Below, piece after piece: positions 37,988-46,533 of a stretch of 64,000 nucleotides of DNA (positions within the stretch are counted from its first letter, which is position 1; every line of letters begins with the position of its first letter). Made by a program: the position numbers and the translations under genes. The notes under the pieces are model-generated. The model did not search any database. It was not told the origin of the DNA and worked only from the letters and a program-made list of their open reading frames with translations. Origin of the DNA: Devosia sp. (lineage in GTDB: Bacteria > Pseudomonadota > Alphaproteobacteria > Rhizobiales > Devosiaceae); assembly GCA_028290665.1 (NCBI GenBank), contig JAQGJK010000026.1:90861-154860 (forward strand), in the 5' to 3' direction.

Positions 37988-38692
37988 TCACGCAAGCCAT
38001 TTCGCATAGTCGGACACCAGCAGGTGCAACGGCTCCTCATCCTCCTCGATGCCGCCGAAGCGGGCGATCTTGGGATCATCGAAAACGTTGTCGGTGTTGT
38101 CGTCGTTGACGGTCGAAACTTCGCCGATGAACACGTCGCCGCCCTCGCCCCAGAAGGCGTGCCAGTGCTCGTTGGGCATCAGGGTCACGCTCTCGCCGGG
38201 CTTCAGCAGCAGCTTGCCGCCCGGCGGCAATTCGCGACGGATGCCATCACAATAGACCACGGTGCCCTTGGATTTGTCGCACTGGCCATCGGTATCGCCG
38301 TAGAGTTCAATCACCAGCGTCGCGCCACCGCGATTGATGATGTCCTCGGCCTTGAGGTTGTGGCGATGCATCGGCGAGTACTGATCGCGCTTCGAGATCA
38401 TCGCCTTTTCGGCGTAGAGCATCCCTCTGCCCCTAGCGAGATCGGCAGCATTGCCGTTACGCACCGTGAACAGAAACAGCCCCATTTTTTCGTAATCACC
38501 CAGCCCGTAATCGGTGATGTCCCAGCCAAGGTTGGCGCCGATGATGTTCTGCGCCTCGGGTTTTTTTGCCCTGAACTCGGCCGGCGACCAATAGGCAAAC
38601 GGCGGCAGGATATAGCCGAACGACCGGATAAACGCGTCGCTCTCGCGGATGATCTCGTTAACGCGGCTACGCTTGATCGATGCACTGGCCAT
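37988..38692 (-). CDS. D-lyxose/D-mannose ketol-isomerase family (cupin) protein
   Basis: GYILPPFAYWSP...LGWDITDYGLGDYEKMGLFLFTVRNG...YAEKAMISKRDQYSPMHRHNLKAEDIINRGG...HAFWGEGG. Start at MASASIK (38692). Confidence 0.75.
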   Translation of the reverse strand: MASASIKRSRVNEIIRESDAFIRSFGYILPPFAYWSPAEFRAKKPEAQNIIGANLGWDITDYGLGDYEKMGLFLFTVRNGNAADLARGRGMLYAEKAMISKRDQYSPMHRHNLKAEDIINRGGATLVIELYGDTDGQCDKSKGTVVYCDGIRRELPPGGKLLLKPGESVTLMPNEHWHAFWGEGGDVFIGEVSTVNDDNTDNVFDDPKIARFGGIEEDEEPLHLLVSDYAKWLA

Positions 38693-38892
38693 CAGTTCCC
38701 CCTCTTCGGATGCCTGTTCAGGCTTTGCCGGGCCGTTTGTCGCGCGGCTAGGGCTCAGTGGTCTCACGCAGGTGTCGCCCCTGCAAGCCTGCTTCCGCGC
38801 CTTTTCGTGAGCGCTTCGATGCGCCGTCGCTCGATGAACCGGCTTGAACCAGAGGCGAGGCGCGCTAGAGTGGCCCCCCGTAACGGGAGTTC

Positions 38893-40218
38893 TTGTGTGT
38901 GAAACCGCCCATCCCGACGGACTACCCTGAGATCGCGAATTATTATCGCGAGATACTCATCGAGCATGTAATCGAGCCCTGGTTTCCGCGCTCGATCGAT
39001 TTCGAGTTCGGAGGCTTTCTTTGCGATTTCGACGTTGATTGGCAGCCGTCGGGGTCACAGCACAAGGTGCTGGAGTTCCAGGCGCGGCAGACACTTGTCG
39101 CTGCCGAACTTTCCATGGCTTTTCCATCTAACCCCCATCTCAAGGCAGCGACTGAACGGGGCTTCGAAGCGTTGAGCGGTCCGCTGTGGGACCGCGCCTA
39201 TGGTGGCTGGTTCATTGAAACCGACCGCGCGGGCCAGCCACTGGACCAGATCTACAAGCACGCGCATGGCATGACCTATGCGGTGGAGGCCTGTTCCGCT
39301 GTTTACGCCGCCAGCGGAAGCGAATCTGCCCGCCTTCTGGCACTTGAAGGTTTCGACTGGCTGCAGGCCAACGCCCATGATCCAGTCCATGGCGGATATT
39401 TCGGGGCACTGGCGCGCGATGGCACCGCGCAGATGGCAGACAGCGCACGGGCCGGCACCCGTGATCGGGTGGGAACGCCGCTCGGCTTGAAGGATATGGA
39501 TGTCAACAAGGACGCCGTTGAGTTTCTGTGCTTTGCCGCGGCAGTCCACCCCGAAGTCGGGGCTATTCAAAGAGCGCGTGACTCGCAGCTCGACATTGTT
39601 CGCAGGCTGATCTCCGCCGACCATGACGCCCTTTCATTTTATTTTCGGCCCGACTGGACCCCAGTCCCGGGCTATTGGCGGCCATCCGAGGCCATTCACG
39701 GCGCTGCTATGTTGCTAGAGGGTCGTCGATCAGGCACCGGAGGGTCGATCGGGGCCATCGCTGAGGTCCTCCACAAATGCTTTGCCGCCGGTTGGAGCAA
39801 GCGGGCCGGGGGGCTTCGCTTCGAGGCTCACACCGGCCGGACCAAATGGCGCGAACTGCGCCGTGACGCGCCTTGGTGGGCCCAGTTCGAGTTGTTGCGG
39901 GTTGCGGAATATCTGCACCGCCTGTTGCCAGGCGACCCCGCCGTCCTGCCGATTCTTGCGGCAGCCCGCGGGGCCGCCTTCAGCCTCATCGACTACGAGA
40001 GTAAGGGCATTTACACTACACCACTGCGAGCGCTGCGGCCCGGCGCGCGATTGTTCAAAAATCGTCGATTTCGGGCGGCGACGACGAAAGGCAGCGTCTG
40101 GAAGGATGCCAGCCATGACGGTCGGGTGCTCCTGCGTCTGGCGTCCCTTCCCCGCTGGCCGATCGTCTCGGGCCCGCCACGAATAAACCTAGAACCCGGT
40201 GGGTCAGTCGCAGTCTGA
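38893..40218 (+). CDS. AGE-family (N-acylglucosamine 2-epimerase/cellobiose 2-epimerase-like) sugar epimerase/isomerase
   Basis: GTG start. Repeating helical (alpha/alpha)6-type segments: EPWFPRSIDFEFGGF...LWDRAYGGWF...KHAHGMTYAVEA...DPVHGGYF. Confidence 0.65.
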   Translation: MCVKPPIPTDYPEIANYYREILIEHVIEPWFPRSIDFEFGGFLCDFDVDWQPSGSQHKVLEFQARQTLVAAELSMAFPSNPHLKAATERGFEALSGPLWDRAYGGWFIETDRAGQPLDQIYKHAHGMTYAVEACSAVYAASGSESARLLALEGFDWLQANAHDPVHGGYFGALARDGTAQMADSARAGTRDRVGTPLGLKDMDVNKDAVEFLCFAAAVHPEVGAIQRARDSQLDIVRRLISADHDALSFYFRPDWTPVPGYWRPSEAIHGAAMLLEGRRSGTGGSIGAIAEVLHKCFAAGWSKRAGGLRFEAHTGRTKWRELRRDAPWWAQFELLRVAEYLHRLLPGDPAVLPILAAARGAAFSLIDYESKGIYTTPLRALRPGARLFKNRRFRAATTKGSVWKDASHDGRVLLRLASLPRWPIVSGPPRINLEPGGSVAV

Positions 40219-40233
40219 TCGTGACCAACTTTG

Positions 40234-42111
40234 TCAGCCGCTAATCTCGCCCTCGAGATCCAGAAACCCACCCGACTGGCGGCTCCACAGCTGGGCGTAG
40301 CTGCCGCCGAGGGCGAGCAGTTCGGCATGCGTGCCCGCCTCGATGATGCGGCCGCCGTCGAGCACGATGAGGCGGTCCATCTCGGCGATGGTCGACAACC
40401 GATGGGCGATGGCGAGGACAGTCTTGCCAGCCATCAGCGATTTCAGCTGCCCCTGGATGGCCGCCTCGACCTCAGAATCAAGCGCGGAGGTGGCTTCATC
40501 GAGGATCAGGATCGGGGCGTTCTTGATCAGCACCCGGGCGATGGCGACGCGCTGGCGCTGGCCTCCCGACAGCTTGACGCCGCGCTCGCCGACGAAGGCG
40601 TCATAGGCGGTGCGGCCTTTCTGGTCGATCAATTGCTCGATGAACTCGTCGGCTTCGGCCAGCGCCGCCGCAGCCTCCATCTCGTCATCGGTAGCGCTCG
40701 GCCTGCCATAAGTCAGGTTGGCGCGGATCGAGCGGTGCAGAAGCGAAGTGTCCTGTGTCACCACGCCGATATTGGCGCGCAGCGATTCCTGGGTGACCCG
40801 CGAAATGTCCTGTCCATCGATGGAAATGACGCCGCCCTGCACGTCGTAAAACCGCAGCAGCAGATTAACGATGGTCGATTTCCCCGCCCCCGACCGGCCG
40901 ATCAGGCCGATGCGTTCGCCGGGCGCGATGGTTAGGTCGAGCGCATCGAGCACGGGACGGCTGACCTGCTCATAGTGGAAGCTGACCTTGTCGAAGTGGA
41001 TTGCTGCCTTGGTAACCACCAAAGGTCTTGCGTCCGGCGCATCGACGAGACCGAGCGGCCGCGCGATTAGTTCGGCGGAGTTCTGCGCCGTGCCGTAATT
41101 GCGCATCAGCCCGTTGAGCTGGTTCATCAGCCGGCCGAGCAGATTATACAGCCGGAGCACGAGGCCGGTGGTGAAGGCGACGCCGCCAACGCTGATCAGC
41201 CCCTCGCTCCACAAATGTACCGTCAGCGCCGCGATGCCGGCGATCATCACACCCGACAGCATGCCCATGGCGGTGCGGACGCCCACCAGGGTTCGCGCCA
41301 ACCGGGTCATGGCGGCGATGAAGCCCTCGAACCCCGACTTGACGAACCGGTCGTCGGTTTCAGCGGTGCCGAACAGTTTAAGGGTCTGGATGTTGGAGTA
41401 ACTGTCGACGATACGCCCGGTCAGCACCGACGCGGACTCGGCTGCGGCGGCGGAGTATTTGCGCATCCGCGGCACATAATAGCGAGCAAGAAGGCCGAAC
41501 AGCACGATCCAGACGATGACGGCAGCGGCGAGCCGTAGATCGAGCTGTCCGACCAGGAAGATAGTGGCGATGGTGTAGATGCCGATGAACCACACCACCT
41601 GCAGCAGGCTGACCATGAAATCGCCGACGGCACCGCCCGATTGCCACACTTTGCTGGCGATCGACCCTGCGAAATCGTTCTGGAAAAAGCCGAGGTTCTG
41701 CCGGATGACGTGGGCATAGGCCTGCCAGCGCACCAGATTGTAAAAGCCAAGATTGACCGTCTGTTCTTCCACAGCGGCCGACAACCAGGTGATGACGAAC
41801 CGCACGCCGAGCACGACGATCAGCATCCACAGCAGCTCACCGCCATAGTTCGCAATCAGGCCACCCCAGCCGAGCGCCTGGTCCGAGCTGTCAAGGATAT
41901 CGACGAGCCGCCCGACATAGTAAAACAGCGCGGCCTCGACCAGCGCCACGGCGCCACCCAGCAGCAGCAACCCGAAAAACGGCAGCTTGGCCTGCCGGAT
42001 GTAGAACCAGAAGAACCGCCAGGTCACCATCGGCGGCCGCAATTCGGCGGTCGCCCGGAACGGGTCGATCCAGCCTTCGAACAGGCGATGCAGCGGCGAA
42101 AAGAGACTCAT
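40234..42111 (-). CDS. ABCB-type exporter, fused permease-ATPase (paralogue 1 of 3)
   Basis: 6-TM domain plus NBD. Walker A GRSGAGKST, signature LSGGQRQR, Walker B ILILDEATSALD, H-loop IAHRLST. Start at ATG 42111 (MSLFSPL); GTG 42135 is the alternative. Confidence 0.85.
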   Translation of the reverse strand: MSLFSPLHRLFEGWIDPFRATAELRPPMVTWRFFWFYIRQAKLPFFGLLLLGGAVALVEAALFYYVGRLVDILDSSDQALGWGGLIANYGGELLWMLIVVLGVRFVITWLSAAVEEQTVNLGFYNLVRWQAYAHVIRQNLGFFQNDFAGSIASKVWQSGGAVGDFMVSLLQVVWFIGIYTIATIFLVGQLDLRLAAAVIVWIVLFGLLARYYVPRMRKYSAAAAESASVLTGRIVDSYSNIQTLKLFGTAETDDRFVKSGFEGFIAAMTRLARTLVGVRTAMGMLSGVMIAGIAALTVHLWSEGLISVGGVAFTTGLVLRLYNLLGRLMNQLNGLMRNYGTAQNSAELIARPLGLVDAPDARPLVVTKAAIHFDKVSFHYEQVSRPVLDALDLTIAPGERIGLIGRSGAGKSTIVNLLLRFYDVQGGVISIDGQDISRVTQESLRANIGVVTQDTSLLHRSIRANLTYGRPSATDDEMEAAAALAEADEFIEQLIDQKGRTAYDAFVGERGVKLSGGQRQRVAIARVLIKNAPILILDEATSALDSEVEAAIQGQLKSLMAGKTVLAIAHRLSTIAEMDRLIVLDGGRIIEAGTHAELLALGGSYAQLWSRQSGGFLDLEGEISG

Positions 42112-42238
42112 TGGCGTTCCGATACCGGCTGGCACTTGTCATCCGCCAGCGCCGCCCGGTCCAGTGCCGTTCACGCTTTCGCGCGGTTTTGGCGGCTGTT
42201 GCCAGCTCGGTGCAATTGACGCCTCGACTGCCAATGAA

Positions 42239-42260
42239 GGGGAGGGCCTGAGCCCTCCCC
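42239..42260 (-). terminator. GC-rich hairpin immediately after the stop of ABC paralogue 2 (weak T tail)
   Basis: GGGGAGGGC-ctga-GCCCTCCCC, starting 4 nt past the TAG at 42264-42266. The minus-strand tail is CCTTCATTGG. Confidence 0.4.
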
Positions 42261-42263
42261 GGC

Positions 42264-44126
42264 CTATTGCGCGGCGATCGTCTCGATATCGAGGAACCCG
42301 CCCGACTGGCGCGCCCAGAGCTGAGCGTAGTGACCACCAGAAATCAGCAACTGGCTGTGCGTGCCTTCCTCGACTATGCGACCCTGGTCGAGCACCACCA
42401 GCCGGTCCATGGCGGCGATGGTCGAGAGCCGGTGAGCGATGGCGATCACCGTCTTGCCGGCCATCAGCGTCGTCAACTGCTCCTGGATCGCGGCCTCGAC
42501 TTCACTGTCGAGCGCCGAAGTCGCTTCGTCCAAAACGAGGATCGGCGCATCCTTCAGCAGCACCCGGGCGATGGCGACGCGCTGGCGCTGCCCGCCTGAG
42601 AGCTTCACACCGCGTTCGCCGACATGCGCATCATAGCCGCGCCGCCCTTTCGGATCGGACAGCGTTTCGATGACATCGTGGATGCGGGCCTGCTCCGCCG
42701 CCCTGAACATCGCCGCATCGGTGGCGTCGTGACGGCCATACTTGATGTTCTCCCGCACCGAGCGGTGCAGCAGCGAGGTGTCCTGGCTCACGAGCCCGAT
42801 GGCGGCGCGGACGCTTTCCTGCGTCACGTCCCGAACATCCTGTCCATCGATGCGGATGCTGCCGCTCTGCACGTCGAACATCCGCAGCGCCAGATTGACC
42901 AGCGTCGACTTGCCCGACCCGGAGCGGCCAACGAGGCCGATCTTTTCGCCCGGCGCCACCGTCAGGTGGAAATCCTCGAGCACCGAGCCTTCCTTGCCGC
43001 GCCAGTAGTTGAACTGCACCGCGTCATAGACGATGCCGCCCTTGTCGACCTTGAGCGCCGGCGCAGCGGGCTTGTCGACCATGGTCAGCGGCTCGGCGAT
43101 GGTGATCATCGAGTCGCGGACATTGCCGATTTGCCGGAAAATCTGCGAACCAACTTCGAGGATCCAGCCACTCATGTTCATGATCTGCAGCGCGAACGGC
43201 ACCGCCGTCGCCACCGCCGCGGCGGTCAGCGTGCCGGCGTTCCAGCCGTTGAGCGCGATCCAGGTGATCGAGACCACGAGGCCGGCGTTCAGCATGAACA
43301 GGATCGACCACATGTAGGTGAACACCCGCATCAGCTTGCGGAATTCGACGGCGTGGCCGATGACCGATTCCGAGACGTAGGCGTCCTCGTGCCCGCCGGT
43401 CGAAAAGGTCTTGAGCGTCTGGATGTTGGTGTAGCTGTCGACGATGCGGCCGGTAACGATCGATTTCGCCTCCGACAACTCCTCGGAATGCCGGGCAATC
43501 AGCGGCATGGTGATGGTGAACAGCACGCCGTACAGCACCATCCAGACGAAAATCGGGATCAGCAGCACCGGGTCGAGCCGGGCCAGCACCACCACGGCGA
43601 CGACGACGAACACCACGGCGTACCAGGCTGCGTCGATGGTCAGATTGACCGCCGTTTCAATGGCTTCGCCCGCCTGCATGATCTTGTTGGCGATACGGCC
43701 GGCGAAATCGTTCTGAAAAAACGTCCAGCTCTGGCGGATGACGTGCCAATGGCTCTGCCAGCGCACGATGTTGACGAGGTTGGGCACGATGGCGTGGTTG
43801 CGGACCAGCGTATCGAGCATGAAGGTCAACGGCCGGATCACCACGACCACGGCGATCATCACGAGAAAAGTCCGCCAATTGACCGAGAACATCTCGCCGG
43901 GCGGCGTCGTCGCCAGCATGCCGACGATCAGGCCGACGAAAATCGGCATCATTGCATCGGCGATCGAGCCGATAGCGACCAGCGCCATGCGGATGTAAAA
44001 GGCGCCCTTGAACTGGCGGATGAAGTAAAACAGGAACGGATTGAGCCCCTTAGGCGGCTGCGGATCGGCAGCGAGGGCGACGGGACTGTACCAGGAATTG
44101 AAATAGGCGACGACGCGATTGAACAT
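42264..44126 (-). CDS. ABCB-type exporter, fused permease-ATPase (paralogue 2 of 3)
   Basis: Walker A GRSGSGKST, LSGGQRQR, ILVLDEATSALD, IAHRLST. N-terminus MFNRVVAYFNSWYSP...PPKGL. Confidence 0.85.
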   Translation of the reverse strand: MFNRVVAYFNSWYSPVALAADPQPPKGLNPFLFYFIRQFKGAFYIRMALVAIGSIADAMMPIFVGLIVGMLATTPPGEMFSVNWRTFLVMIAVVVVIRPLTFMLDTLVRNHAIVPNLVNIVRWQSHWHVIRQSWTFFQNDFAGRIANKIMQAGEAIETAVNLTIDAAWYAVVFVVVAVVVLARLDPVLLIPIFVWMVLYGVLFTITMPLIARHSEELSEAKSIVTGRIVDSYTNIQTLKTFSTGGHEDAYVSESVIGHAVEFRKLMRVFTYMWSILFMLNAGLVVSITWIALNGWNAGTLTAAAVATAVPFALQIMNMSGWILEVGSQIFRQIGNVRDSMITIAEPLTMVDKPAAPALKVDKGGIVYDAVQFNYWRGKEGSVLEDFHLTVAPGEKIGLVGRSGSGKSTLVNLALRMFDVQSGSIRIDGQDVRDVTQESVRAAIGLVSQDTSLLHRSVRENIKYGRHDATDAAMFRAAEQARIHDVIETLSDPKGRRGYDAHVGERGVKLSGGQRQRVAIARVLLKDAPILVLDEATSALDSEVEAAIQEQLTTLMAGKTVIAIAHRLSTIAAMDRLVVLDQGRIVEEGTHSQLLISGGHYAQLWARQSGGFLDIETIAAQ

Positions 44127-44150
44127 GGGACGCTCGGAGTTGCGAGCCGC

Positions 44151-44177
44151 GCCCTGACGGATTTGACCGGTCAGGGC
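44151..44177 (-). other. Stem-loop 25 nt upstream of the start codon of ABC paralogue 2
   Basis: GCCCTGAC (44151-44158) pairs with GTCAGGGC (44170-44177), with two further G-C pairs across a 1-nt bulge. No T tract. Confidence 0.4.
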
Positions 44178-44293
44178 TGAGCTTTATATCGGGGTTGTCG
44201 ATTGACGGTGCTCGCCGGACGAGCGTGGCGCGTGGCCGGTGTTTCATGGCTCATGATGGTCTCCTGTGGTTGGTTTCGCGATATTATTCCGGT

Positions 44294-46201
44294 CTATTCC
44301 GCCGCCGCTGCATCGCCGACAGCTGCGCCTTGCCGGGCGATCCCGACCTCGGCGCTTTCCCCGTCGAAGTCGATGAAACCGCCGGACTGGCGGTGCCACA
44401 GCTTCGCATAGATGCCATCGAGGGCGATCAACTCGGCATGGGTGCCCTGCTCGGCCACTTTGCCATCCTCCAGCACGATCAGCCGGTCCATCATGGCGAT
44501 GGTCGACAGCCGATGCGCGATGGCGATCACCGTTTTGTCGCGCATCAACAATTGCAGCTGGTCCTGGATCGCCGCCTCGACTTCGCTGTCGAGCGCCGAA
44601 GTCGCCTCGTCGAGGACGAGGATCGGCGCGTCCTTAAGCAGCACCCGGGCAATGGCAACGCGCTGGCGCTGGCCGCCCGACAGCTTCACACCGCGTTCGC
44701 CGACATGGGCGTCGAGCCCCCTGCGGCCCTTCGAATCCTCGAGGTTGGCGATAAAGCCATCGGCTTCTGCCAACTGGGCGGCAGCGACGATCTCCGCTTC
44801 GGTGGCATCGGGGCGGCCATAGGCGATGTTCTCGCGCACCGAGCGATGCAGCAGCGAGGTGTCCTGTGTCACCACACCGATATTGGCGCGCAGCGAGTCC
44901 TGGTCGATGGTCGCGATATCAATGCCGTCGATGCTGATCGAGCCGCTTTCGCGGTCGTAGAACCGCAGCAGCAGATTGACGATGGTCGATTTGCCCGCAC
45001 CAGACCGACCGACGAGACCGATCTTTTCACCCGCCCGAATGTGCAGGTCGAGCCCCTCGATGATGCCTTTGTCCTTGCCGTAGTGGAACCCGACATTGTC
45101 GAAACGCACCTCGCCGTTCACCCGGCCGAGTGGCTTGGCGCCAGGCACATCGGGGACCAGCCGCGGCATCGAGATCGAGGCGATGCCGTCGCGCACCGTG
45201 CCGATGTTCTCGAACAGCGCACTCATCTCCCACATCACCCACTGGCTCATGCCCTGGAAGCGCATGACGATGCCGAGCGACACCGCGAGCGCCCCCGGCG
45301 ACAGCCCGCCATTGAGCCACGAACCGATCCCGACGAAGGCGACGGAGAAAATCAGCAGTGCGTTGATCCAGTTGATCGAGATGTTGAGCTTCGAGAACAG
45401 CCGCATCTGCCGGTAGGCGGTGTCGAGGAATTCATCCATCGCTTCATGGGCATAGGCCTCTTCCCGGTTGGAATGGCTGAACAGCTTCACCGTGGCGATA
45501 TTGGTGTAGCTGTCGACGATGCGGCCGGTCATCGACGACCGCGCATCGGCCTGCTCGGTCGCCACCTTGCCGAGCTTGGGGATGAAGTACCGCATGAAAA
45601 AGATGTAGGCGACGAGCCAGAACAGGAACGGCAGCGCCATCAGCCAATCGCCAGACGCCGCGAGAATGACCGCTCCGGTGAAATAGACGACGACATACAC
45701 CAGCATGTCGAGCAGCTTCATCACCACCTCGCGGACGGCGAGTGAGGTCTGCATCAGCTTCGCCGCGACGCGACCGGCGAACTCGTCCTGGAAATAGGTC
45801 ATCGACTGCCGCAGCAGGTAGCGATGGCTCATCCAGCGGATGCGCTGCGGGAAATTGCTCAGCAAAGTCTGGTGGATGATACCGGTGCTGATGACCTGCA
45901 ACAGCGGCAGCAGCAGCACCATGACAGCGCCCATCAGCGCCAGTTTCCAGCCTTCGGTGGCAAGGAAGGTCCGCGGATCGGACATGGCCAGCCAGTTGAC
46001 CAGTTCGCCGATGAAGCCGAACAGCAGCACTTCGCCAGCGGCGATCAGCCCGGACGTTAGCGCCATCAGGAACAGCCATTTCTTGGCGCCGTGACTGTAG
46101 TAGAGGCAAAAGGCAACCAGCCCCTTCGGTGGCTCCTCGGGAGCGCCGACCGGGTAGGGATTGATTCGGCGCTCGAACCAGATCAGCAGTTTGTCGAACA
46201 T
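44294..46201 (-). CDS. ABCB-type exporter, fused permease-ATPase (paralogue 3 of 3)
   Basis: Start at ATG 46201 (MFDKLLIWFERRINPYP...PPKGL). GRSGAGKST, LSGGQRQR, ILVLDEATSALD, IAHRLST. The 721-aa ORF-track version has an implausible leader. Confidence 0.85.
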   Translation of the reverse strand: MFDKLLIWFERRINPYPVGAPEEPPKGLVAFCLYYSHGAKKWLFLMALTSGLIAAGEVLLFGFIGELVNWLAMSDPRTFLATEGWKLALMGAVMVLLLPLLQVISTGIIHQTLLSNFPQRIRWMSHRYLLRQSMTYFQDEFAGRVAAKLMQTSLAVREVVMKLLDMLVYVVVYFTGAVILAASGDWLMALPFLFWLVAYIFFMRYFIPKLGKVATEQADARSSMTGRIVDSYTNIATVKLFSHSNREEAYAHEAMDEFLDTAYRQMRLFSKLNISINWINALLIFSVAFVGIGSWLNGGLSPGALAVSLGIVMRFQGMSQWVMWEMSALFENIGTVRDGIASISMPRLVPDVPGAKPLGRVNGEVRFDNVGFHYGKDKGIIEGLDLHIRAGEKIGLVGRSGAGKSTIVNLLLRFYDRESGSISIDGIDIATIDQDSLRANIGVVTQDTSLLHRSVRENIAYGRPDATEAEIVAAAQLAEADGFIANLEDSKGRRGLDAHVGERGVKLSGGQRQRVAIARVLLKDAPILVLDEATSALDSEVEAAIQDQLQLLMRDKTVIAIAHRLSTIAMMDRLIVLEDGKVAEQGTHAELIALDGIYAKLWHRQSGGFIDFDGESAEVGIARQGAAVGDAAAAE

Positions 46202-46533
46202 TCCCAACTCCCCTCTCCTCCCCCGCTTCATTTTCGCCCCGGCGCTTCGCCCCGGCACGCACCATGACGCAGCGCCTGCCGTCTTGCGCTCCGACACAGC
46301 CGGGCGAACGTCTTGGTTGAATGACGCGCATCCCGCAAACCGGGCGTCGCGTACCGGGAGCACCCGCCCTGCGCAATCGGGCATGGGGGTGGCCAGCCGC
46401 CTAGAATATAAGCATTCGTTGCCGGTGGCTGTTGCGGTTGCGCCACAATTATGTCCCAACCAGCGTTTCCTGCCGATCAGGTTTTGCGGCGCTGCATCCG
46501 TCGCGCGAGAATTCCGAGAATTAAGGAGCCGCC

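Noticed and set aside
40231-45745. Plus-strand ORFs 40231-40935, 42624-44180 (518 aa) and 44195-45745 (516 aa).
   Set aside because: They are antisense shadows of the three ABC exporter genes, with Arg/Asp/His-rich nonsense sequences.
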